A stretch of DNA of 37,404 nt, taken from an uncultured Muribaculaceae bacterium. Lineage in GTDB: Bacteria; Bacteroidota; Bacteroidia; Bacteroidales; Muribaculaceae. The DNA lies in contig CAMWTV010000001.1 of the NCBI GenBank assembly GCA_947177215.1, positions 1 through 37,404 on the forward strand, written 5' to 3'. Positions 28,646 to 36,599 of this stretch are shown here, piece by piece (position 1 is the first letter of the stretch; every line of letters begins with the position of its first letter). The position numbers and the translations under genes are program-made. The notes beneath the pieces are model-generated. The model had not been told where the DNA came from. It worked only from the letters and a program-made list of their open reading frames with translations, and ran no database searches.

Positions 28646-28711
28646 CTGTTCAAAGATGCTGAAAAACTGTTCACAGGGCTCTGTGAACAGTTTTTCAGCA
28701 TCTTTGAACAG
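28646..28711. repeat. Perfect 31-bp-arm palindrome with 4-nt loop
   Basis: CTGTTCAAAGATGCTGAAAAACTGTTCACAG-GGCT-CTGTGAACAGTTTTTCAGCATCTTTGAACAG. Confidence 0.95.
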
Positions 28712-28727
28712 AATAGCATCCGGCCGG

Positions 28728-31034
28728 TCAGTACACCGCAACCTTATCGGTCTGTTCCCCCGTCTTAACAATATAGATTCCGCTGCCGGCCTCGATCCTG
28801 GTAACCCCCTCGACGGTCGTGCCACGCGCCACTGTCATCCCGTCGGGGCGCACCACCGCAACCGATGTTCCGGCCGCGCCACCCGAAATCTCTATCATCC
28901 CTGCGCCGCCGCTCACGGCAAATCCTTTACCCGACAGATCGACCTTCGCAACCGAAGCGTCACCCTTGGCGCCATAAAGACTCAGCGCACCGAACTGCAG
29001 ATTCTGTCCCCCCTGGTTGTCGGTGAAACGCATCCTGTAATATCGGTAAGGCTTGCCCAAACGGTCGTTCTTCACCGAATAGTCATCGTTCAGAATCCCC
29101 TCGCGCCTCATCAGGTCGACACCCTCGAGCAGAAACAGGCCACTCAGCATAATCGACGAATGATAGTCGCCACCCGTGCCGCCGTTGTCATCGTTGTTGA
29201 AACGGGCCTCGCGGCTGCGCCACGAAGGCATAACCTTATATTCCGGCTTGATCAGACCCGCCTGATAGAGCGACTTCGCATTCTCGACCAGGTATTTTGC
29301 ATAGCGATACTGACGCTCCTCGTCAAGCATCCCCGAAACCACCCATTCGGTGATATAGCGGATAAAAATCCCCTTGAACAGACCGCCGTCGCCACCACCC
29401 TGCTCGCGCATTATGCCGTGAGGCGAATACCAGCGCCCGTCAAGACACTTGTCCATAAGGTCGGTCGCTATCTCGCGGTATGTCTCCTCGCCGGTTATCC
29501 TGTAAAGTTCCAGCAAACCACCCACCCAGGTGCCCTGGTTATATGAGAACGTCCATCCGCGGTTGTCGTTGCCTGGGGCATCCTTTATGAAACCGTCGTC
29601 GAAACGCGAGTGGGTCAGCATGAATTCATAAATCATCTTCGCCTTCTCCAGATAATGCTCTTCGCCGGTAATTTCATAAAGACGCGCCGCTATGATTATC
29701 GCCGGAGCGTTCGAACATGAGTTCTTGCTGTCACGGCCACCGTCGCAGTTCCAGGCAATGCCGCCACCGCCGGTCTCGCTCCATCCTCCCCAGATCCATT
29801 CAAACAGCTGCTTGGCCTCTTTGAGCCACTCGTCAACCCCATAGCTGCGGTAAGCGTTTATACAGGCTATAGCCATCCACTCCATGTCATCGTAATACGA
29901 ATTCCACAGATCCTGACGTCCCGCGTCATAAGCCGTGTACATCCCCTTCTTTATCTGCATCGCACGCGTCTGCCACACCCGCTTTCCGGTTCTGTTATAA
30001 GCATCCGTAAAGGCGTCGACCGTGTGCGCCATCCACCAGTAGTTATATCCCCAGTTTATCTTGCTCTCGTCAGGATTCCAGCTGTGCACCAGATATTTCC
30101 CGCCCCAGTAGTCCCGATAGAAATCGCGGAGCATCACCGTGTATATCTCGTCGGCCACACCCGCATAGTCTATCACCGCTCCGCGCGAAGGAAGCTCATA
30201 GCGCTGCTGATAGTTGTCGGCGTTGAAACTCTCCTCATTGTTGCGCATGTCGAGCGTAACCCAGTTCTCGCCATCCTCCGACGCCATCAGATCCCATGTG
30301 GCCGGACGCATCGTGCTTGCCGACGAGGGGTTGGCCGTCAGGGCATAACCATCTATCACGGTCGGTTCGTCGAACCTGAAGTCAACCCAGGCATTCTCTA
30401 TCCCGTCGGCACCCTTCACATTCTTTATCGTCACAGGCGAGACATAGTTTCCACCCCCTATCGCCCACAGATTTTCGGTAGATTCTGGTGCCGAGAACTC
30501 CCCGTTCGCCTCTACAGCCACATTACGGCTGTCGTTCTCGGGATAGCCCAGAAGCTGCATCTCGGCCATGCGCACCTTCCCCTCACTTCCGGCCTCGTCT
30601 ATCACAAGCTTGAATTCCTGCCGCCCGGCGGTCTGGGCGGCATAAGTCTTCCCGATATACGACGTGTAGGCTCCACCGCTGTATTTCACACGGGCGAACT
30701 TCCCTATCGCAGTCCAGTCTTCGCCGGCGTTTCTCCCATACAGGGTCATTTTGGCAGGCGCCTCCTCCACATTCTCGGCCGCCACAACCACAAGCCCCTT
30801 CACTACCCACTTCTCGAGGGTTTTCACCTCGATTTCAAGACCGTTGGCATTCTCGGCCTCGAACACAGTCAGGTCATTCTTGTCACACAGAAACTCTTCC
30901 CCGGCAAGACCTGTCCCCCCCGAAACGGTTATCTCTCCGCCGTCGCAGACACTGAATTCCGCCATAGTCTGCTGCCCCTGCGCCTGAAAAACGGCTGCGA
31001 GCACTCCGGCTGTCACACAAATTTTCTTAAACAT
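28728..31034 (-). CDS. Multimodular GH76 with F5/8 (CBM32-like) domains and T9SS-like tail
   Basis: Signal peptide; YWWMAH, YYDDMEW, GGGIAW...SKNSCSNAP, YNQGTWVG, DGGLFKGIFIRY; discoidin motifs; tail GIYIVKTGEQTDKVAVY. Confidence 0.9.
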   Translation of the reverse strand: MFKKICVTAGVLAAVFQAQGQQTMAEFSVCDGGEITVSGGTGLAGEEFLCDKNDLTVFEAENANGLEIEVKTLEKWVVKGLVVVAAENVEEAPAKMTLYGRNAGEDWTAIGKFARVKYSGGAYTSYIGKTYAAQTAGRQEFKLVIDEAGSEGKVRMAEMQLLGYPENDSRNVAVEANGEFSAPESTENLWAIGGGNYVSPVTIKNVKGADGIENAWVDFRFDEPTVIDGYALTANPSSASTMRPATWDLMASEDGENWVTLDMRNNEESFNADNYQQRYELPSRGAVIDYAGVADEIYTVMLRDFYRDYWGGKYLVHSWNPDESKINWGYNYWWMAHTVDAFTDAYNRTGKRVWQTRAMQIKKGMYTAYDAGRQDLWNSYYDDMEWMAIACINAYRSYGVDEWLKEAKQLFEWIWGGWSETGGGGIAWNCDGGRDSKNSCSNAPAIIIAARLYEITGEEHYLEKAKMIYEFMLTHSRFDDGFIKDAPGNDNRGWTFSYNQGTWVGGLLELYRITGEETYREIATDLMDKCLDGRWYSPHGIMREQGGGDGGLFKGIFIRYITEWVVSGMLDEERQYRYAKYLVENAKSLYQAGLIKPEYKVMPSWRSREARFNNDDNGGTGGDYHSSIMLSGLFLLEGVDLMRREGILNDDYSVKNDRLGKPYRYYRMRFTDNQGGQNLQFGALSLYGAKGDASVAKVDLSGKGFAVSGGAGMIEISGGAAGTSVAVVRPDGMTVARGTTVEGVTRIEAGSGIYIVKTGEQTDKVAVY

Positions 31035-31112
31035 AAAAAACTTAAATTTTTATCGGTTATGATCTGTTGTCAGTCATGATATCTATTCCCTGCGCCACAC
31101 TCCATCCGACCA

Positions 31113-31223
31113 CAAATTTAGCAAAATTTCCCATAACCCCCGCACCTTTAAAATCCTAAAAAGAACACCACCGCTGATTTTCCTGAAAATAAGCCGGATA
31201 ACAAAATTAATTTTGTATTTTTG
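31113..31223. promoter_or_regulatory. Divergent promoters for GH76 (-) and GH43-like gene (+)
   Basis: TAAATTTG on the minus strand (31120-31113) and TATTTTTG on the plus strand (31216-31223). The palindrome ACAAAATTAATTTTGT (31201-31216) abuts the latter. Confidence 0.6.
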
Positions 31224-31242
31224 CAAAACATAAGTTAATGTC

Positions 31243-32265
31243 ATGGAACTAAAACCTTATATCTGCTGCCTTCTCACAACAATAACGCTCATGCTCGTCT
31301 CCTGCGGCGAGAAAGAAACCGGCAATACCCCTGAGATAATCTTCCCTCAGGGAGCCTACCCCCATGTCACTCAGCACAAGGGCGTCTACTACTACACCAT
31401 GCAGACCGTCCACGTCGACACCATAGCCCTCTACGCATCCCCCGACATCGCCACCCTCTCACAGGGCGAAAGCAAGATAATCATGACATCGGCCCACAAC
31501 GGCATGAGCCACTTCTACTCCCCGGAGCTTCACCGCATCGACAACAAATGGTATCTCTATTTCGAAGGCGACAACGGAAACACCGACAACCACCACCTCT
31601 ACGTGCTTGAAAACCCCTCCGACAACCCTTTTGAAGGAGAGTGGACTCAACACGGCCCCATCATAACCAACAACGACTGGAACTTCGGAATCCACCCCTC
31701 CACATTCGTGGTCGGCGACAGGCAATACCTCCTCTGGTCTGGATGGCAGAAACAGCGCACCGAAAACGAAACCCAGTGCATTTTCATAGCCGAGATGGCC
31801 GACCCGTGGACTCTCAAATCCGAGCGTGTCATGATCTCGATGCCGCAATACGAGTGGGAGCGCCAATGGATTAACCCCGACGGCAGCCGCTCGGCCTACC
31901 CCATTTTCGTCAACGAAAACCCCGAAGCCATGATCTCGCCCGACGGCAGCCACGTTGTCGTGGTATATTCCGCAAGCGGCATCTGGACTATCTTCAATTC
32001 TCTCGGCATGCTCTACGCCCCCACATCGGCCGATCTCCTCGATCCCCGCTCATGGACAAAGGCTTCCGAACCCAAATTCCTCCCCGGGCCCGACAGCCCC
32101 ATTTTCGGCACATCCAACATTTCGGTTGTCTCATCCCCCGACAAATCAACCCACTACATGCTCTACCAGGCCAAATCCAACGGCCCCGAAGGCACCCGCA
32201 ACGACATCCGCCTGAAAGAAATAACATGGTCGCCGCAGGGACTCCCCGACTTCGGTCAACCCTGA
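31243..32265 (+). CDS. GH43 (arabinofuranosidase-like) lipoprotein with substituted catalytic residues
   Basis: Lipobox LVSC; SPELHRIDNKWYLYF, YLLWSGW, IFIAEMADPWTL, PQYEWE, VNENP, YSASG; five-bladed propeller pattern. Confidence 0.85.
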   Translation: MELKPYICCLLTTITLMLVSCGEKETGNTPEIIFPQGAYPHVTQHKGVYYYTMQTVHVDTIALYASPDIATLSQGESKIIMTSAHNGMSHFYSPELHRIDNKWYLYFEGDNGNTDNHHLYVLENPSDNPFEGEWTQHGPIITNNDWNFGIHPSTFVVGDRQYLLWSGWQKQRTENETQCIFIAEMADPWTLKSERVMISMPQYEWERQWINPDGSRSAYPIFVNENPEAMISPDGSHVVVVYSASGIWTIFNSLGMLYAPTSADLLDPRSWTKASEPKFLPGPDSPIFGTSNISVVSSPDKSTHYMLYQAKSNGPEGTRNDIRLKEITWSPQGLPDFGQP

Positions 32266-32286
32266 CCCCGCCCGCCGCATAAAACA

Positions 32287-32321
32287 ATGGCCGTGTGTCT
32301 GAAACCCTGACACACGGCCAT
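32287..32321. terminator. Bidirectional terminator / REP-like hairpin
   Basis: 13-bp perfect arms ATGGCCGTGTGTC / GACACACGGCCAT between convergent genes, with A- and T-rich flanks. Confidence 0.8.
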
Positions 32322-32340
32322 CGCTTTATTGCGGATATAT

Positions 32341-35300
32341 TTATCTCTTGATCACCTTAACGGTCTCGCCGTCAGCGGTAAGCAGATACACACCTGCGGG
32401 ATAAGCGCCCATCTCAACCCGGTTGCCATCGGCAACGCGGTCAAGCAACACCCCTTCGAGGCTGCGCAGCGTCAGCTCACCTTCAGCACCCTTCACCGTC
32501 ACGTAATCGTCACACGGATTGGGAATCACAACAATCCCCGTCTCCGTTTTCACACTATCCAGACCACCCTCGCCGGCTCCGGTAGAGAAGCTGTAGCTAC
32601 CCGATCCGAGAGTCATCGTCACCACAGTGCCGTCATCGGTCACATCGGTCACACCCTCAGCCTCGCCGGCGGCAACATCACCTTCGCGAAGCTCCATACC
32701 CTCGGGCGCGCTCGGCAGCGTCAGCGTGGCCGTGGTGTTGGCCGGAACTGTCACACTGTAGCTGTACTGTCCCCCCTCTTCTGTGTTCCATTTCACCGCT
32801 ACAGGGCCGTAGTTCGATCCGAAAACCGCATCCACGTCGCTGATGCGGCGCGCCGCGTCAAATTCCGGTTTCAGAATTATATGCTCGAAGCCGGGACGGT
32901 CGTTATCGGGCGCGATACCGGCCATGTAGCGATACATCCACTCGGCCACAGCGCCATAGGCATAATGGTTAAACGAATTCATCTCGATGCTCTTGCTGAA
33001 TCCCCCCTCGCGCGTATAGCTGTTCCAGCGCTCCCATATCGTGGTCGCACCCTGGTCTACACTGTAAAGCCACGACGGGCAGTCATGCTGCAGAAGGAGC
33101 GTATAGGCCAGATCGCCCATCTCGAACTCGCTCAGTGTCTGGTTTATGATGCCGGTGCCGATAAATCCGGTCGAGAGCTTGTTGCCGTTGGCAACGATCT
33201 TATCGCGCAAAGTGGTCTTCGCACCCTCCAGAGCCTTCTCGTCGAGAAGCAGATTGAATTTCAGCGCCAGAAGCTGCGCACACTGCGACTTATGGATCAG
33301 CTGGCCGCTGCGCGCGTTGATATACAGCCGCTTGAACTCCTTGCGGATATTCTCGAACAGCTCGGCATATTCCGCTGCCTTCACATCATACTCGTCACCC
33401 TCCTCGCGGCTGATCGCCTTCGACATACGTCCCATTATGTCGGCCATATAACCGTAGTGGGCCACAGAGATATACCGCTTGTCTGTATCCTCGAACGCCA
33501 GCCAGTCGCCGTAGCGCGTATCAGATCCCGGATATTTCAGAGTCCCGTCTTTCTGCCTGCTCACCCAGTCCATATACTTAACCATCGAATCATAGTTCTC
33601 CTCTATGATCGACTTGTCGCCATACATCACATAAACATTCCACGGAAGAATTATACCCGCGTCGGCCCACGCGCATGACCCGTGTTCGACCCAGTTGAAC
33701 GGAGCCACATTCGGATAAGCCCCGTTGTCAAGCTGGCCGTCGCGCATGTCGCGCATCCACTTGTGATAGAATCCCTGCACCTGGGCGTTATAGCTCGCCG
33801 CAAGCGAGAAAATCTGGGTGTCGGCAGTCCATCCCAGGCGCTCGTCGCGCTGGGGGCAGTCGGTGGGCACACTCACGAAATTGCTCCGCTGACCCCACAC
33901 AATATTGCTGTAAAGCTGGTTCACATCGGCATTGTCAACTGTCAGATACGAGTTTTCCTCAGTCGCCGTGCTGATCGTCTCGGCCGTAATCCAGTCGAAC
34001 TCAACATCATCGGTGGCTGTGATATCGCAGTAGCGGAATCCGTAGAAAGTGGTTGTCGGCGCATACTCCTCGCCACCTTCCCTGCCGGCAAGCGTATATT
34101 GACCCATAGCCTTGGCCGATCTGAGCGCTATGCGGTAGAGTGTGCCTTTGGCGTCATCGTTGCCGCGTTCAGCCTCACCCGAGTCGTTCACCATCTCGGC
34201 AAACCTCAGGTTCACCTGGGTGCCCGAGGCACCTTTCACCTTGAATCTGGCCCATCCCGAAGCATTCTGCCCGAAATCAACCACAGCCGTCTCACCCTTC
34301 TTCAGCTTCAGAGGCGTGTCACCGCCAAGCGTGCGCACAGCGTTTATCTCGCCATATGTCGTGCCGTTCTGCTTTATACCGTCATAAACGGTTATGCTCA
34401 CAGGCTTACGCTCCATATTCGGGCGGATTCTCACCGTCGGCCCCTCGTGGGCCATCAGCTCGCCGTGGGCCTGCCGGTCTGCGGCGGTTGCTCCCCAGAG
34501 TCCTGATTCATAGCCTGCCTCGCTCCAGTTGTCGGCGCTGCGGGCATCGTAGATCTCACCGTGATAAATCTCACCGCTCTTCACCGCACCGCGGCTCGAG
34601 CTCTGCCAGCTGGGGTCTGTCACAACAGTAACAGTCTCCCCGGTCTCAAGCTCAACAACAAGCTTGGCCAGAAACGCCGTCGAGGTCGACCCGTAAATGC
34701 CGTGCGACACATCGCCGGCCCACCAGCCGTTGCTCACCATAGCCCCGATGGCGTTGTCACCCTCTTTCACAAGGTCTGTCACATCGTGGGTCATATAGAA
34801 CACCGAGCTGCGGTAGTCGCTCCACCCCGGCATAAGCTCGTCATAGACCACACTGCCGTCGGCAAGCTTCGTGCCCACGCGCTCGCCGTTGATCCACACG
34901 TTGTAGATTCCCAGCGCAGAGCTGTAAAGCGTTGCCCTCCTTACCTTCCCGTCGAGAGCGAACACCTTGCGGAAACGGGGCGAAGATGTAGCCGCATCCT
35001 GAAGTATCTTGTTCTCGTTCGCCGCCGAGAATGCGTGCAGCTTGTTGTCGCCACCCACATTCACCACCGTTCCGGTCGAGAACTCATGCGCTCCGTTCTC
35101 GAAATCTTCCGACAGAATCACACGCGTGCCACCGTCCTGATCATACACGGTCACCTTCACATTGTCCCAGTAAGCCTGTTCGTTCACCTCCCCCTTGAAC
35201 ACGCGGAAACCTATCAGACCGTCCGACAGCATCCCCGTGGCATCATTGAAACTGTCAACAAGCGTGCCGTCGATATAGGTGCGCACATCAGCGCCGTCCA

Positions 35301-36546
35301 CCTCTATCTTCACTCGCCGCTCATGCCCCAGAAGCTCCTCCTTCGAGAAGGCCTTTATCTCCGTGTCGCTGAACTGCGGATTCGTGCTGTTGGCATACAC
35401 ATGACGCCTCACCAGCGGATAATCGCGGTCGTTCGTGTTTATCGCCCACATGAAATAGCGCGTATTGCCTGTGTGGCTGAAAATAATCGAGGCCGCATCG
35501 TTTATCAGTGTCATATCGGCCTCTATGTCATAGCGCAGGCCGCTTGCCTTCACCTTCTCCCAGGCATAAACGGTGTTCTGGCTCGAGCCGACCACACGCA
35601 GCCATCCGTCGGTCACCACGCCACCGTCTATAACATGGCTGTCGCCAGAGAAATCCTCGTCGAGCAACACGGTTCCGTCGGCCGAAGTCACCTTCAGATT
35701 GTCAAACAGCGCTATCTCGGCCAGCGAATCCTTCTCGCCTCTGTCCTGGCGGAATCCCACCTGCCCGTAGCTGAAATCACCTCTCCGGTCATCGATAAGC
35801 GTGCCGTCGAGCCATGTCTGCGCCCGCGCGCCACCCTCGGTCACCTCCACACGCATGTGGTGCACAGTGCCTGTGGCCATATCGGCCTTACCCGTCAGAT
35901 TGATGTTGTCAAGACAGGCGGCATTCCCGTTCTGCCAGCGGTGCGGACGGAAACGCGGATAATCCCCCTCCACATTAAACTGCCACATATAGAAATTCTG
36001 TGCGTCATGACGCGCCAGACATATCCCTGCGGCGGTTTTCTCTATCTCGAAATCCACCTCAACGGCATAGTCGGAAACTTCCGGACGCTCCTCCCCTGCA
36101 GCCGTGTTGTAGCTGTCGGCAACCTTTATCCACTGCGCGCCGCTCCAGCCCGAGCCCATCAGTCCGGTCTCGAAATAAGCCGGATTGGTCGAGGTGGCCC
36201 TCTCCCCATGGTTGTCGGTCACCGTAACCCGCCAGTAATAGCGGGTCGACGGCTGAAGCTCAAGCCCTTCGAGCTCCACATTGGCCGACTCCCGCGAGTT
36301 CACGGTTCCCGAGTCATAAACGGTTTCCGACATGTTCCGGTCTGTGGCAATCTCCACTTGATACGATTGCTGCACTGTCGATCGGGCATCCGAACTCAGT
36401 TGCCAGCTGAAACGGGGACTCACATTGTCAAGCCCCACCGGATTCTCAAGATACTGGGTGCGCAACACCCCCACGCTCAATGCCTGCGCCGCAAAGGCCG
36501 CAAGGGCCGACGCCGCAGTCAAAGCAGTTTTACGATAATGATTCAT
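32341..36546 (-). CDS. GH78 alpha-L-rhamnosidase with two inserted lectin-like domains and T9SS-like tail
   Basis: NPVGLD..PRFSW Fn3 domain; VDFGQNASG; PTDCPQRDERLGWTAD; GATTIWERWN; NSFNHYAYGAV; tail VIPNPCDD...AGVYLL...VKVIKR. Confidence 0.93.
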   Translation of the reverse strand: MNHYRKTALTAASALAAFAAQALSVGVLRTQYLENPVGLDNVSPRFSWQLSSDARSTVQQSYQVEIATDRNMSETVYDSGTVNSRESANVELEGLELQPSTRYYWRVTVTDNHGERATSTNPAYFETGLMGSGWSGAQWIKVADSYNTAAGEERPEVSDYAVEVDFEIEKTAAGICLARHDAQNFYMWQFNVEGDYPRFRPHRWQNGNAACLDNINLTGKADMATGTVHHMRVEVTEGGARAQTWLDGTLIDDRRGDFSYGQVGFRQDRGEKDSLAEIALFDNLKVTSADGTVLLDEDFSGDSHVIDGGVVTDGWLRVVGSSQNTVYAWEKVKASGLRYDIEADMTLINDAASIIFSHTGNTRYFMWAINTNDRDYPLVRRHVYANSTNPQFSDTEIKAFSKEELLGHERRVKIEVDGADVRTYIDGTLVDSFNDATGMLSDGLIGFRVFKGEVNEQAYWDNVKVTVYDQDGGTRVILSEDFENGAHEFSTGTVVNVGGDNKLHAFSAANENKILQDAATSSPRFRKVFALDGKVRRATLYSSALGIYNVWINGERVGTKLADGSVVYDELMPGWSDYRSSVFYMTHDVTDLVKEGDNAIGAMVSNGWWAGDVSHGIYGSTSTAFLAKLVVELETGETVTVVTDPSWQSSSRGAVKSGEIYHGEIYDARSADNWSEAGYESGLWGATAADRQAHGELMAHEGPTVRIRPNMERKPVSITVYDGIKQNGTTYGEINAVRTLGGDTPLKLKKGETAVVDFGQNASGWARFKVKGASGTQVNLRFAEMVNDSGEAERGNDDAKGTLYRIALRSAKAMGQYTLAGREGGEEYAPTTTFYGFRYCDITATDDVEFDWITAETISTATEENSYLTVDNADVNQLYSNIVWGQRSNFVSVPTDCPQRDERLGWTADTQIFSLAASYNAQVQGFYHKWMRDMRDGQLDNGAYPNVAPFNWVEHGSCAWADAGIILPWNVYVMYGDKSIIEENYDSMVKYMDWVSRQKDGTLKYPGSDTRYGDWLAFEDTDKRYISVAHYGYMADIMGRMSKAISREEGDEYDVKAAEYAELFENIRKEFKRLYINARSGQLIHKSQCAQLLALKFNLLLDEKALEGAKTTLRDKIVANGNKLSTGFIGTGIINQTLSEFEMGDLAYTLLLQHDCPSWLYSVDQGATTIWERWNSYTREGGFSKSIEMNSFNHYAYGAVAEWMYRYMAGIAPDNDRPGFEHIILKPEFDAARRISDVDAVFGSNYGPVAVKWNTEEGGQYSYSVTVPANTTATLTLPSAPEGMELREGDVAAGEAEGVTDVTDDGTVVTMTLGSGSYSFSTGAGEGGLDSVKTETGIVVIPNPCDDYVTVKGAEGELTLRSLEGVLLDRVADGNRVEMGAYPAGVYLLTADGETVKVIKR

Positions 36547-36599
36547 CAGGTCAGTTTAATTATTGTTTGGTTATGATTGGTTCGCTATGAGTGGTTGGT

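Noticed and set aside
28646-28711. Palindrome as an invertible (phase-variable) promoter
   Set aside because: The arms are only 4 nt apart, so there is no segment to invert, and no recombinase gene is in the window.
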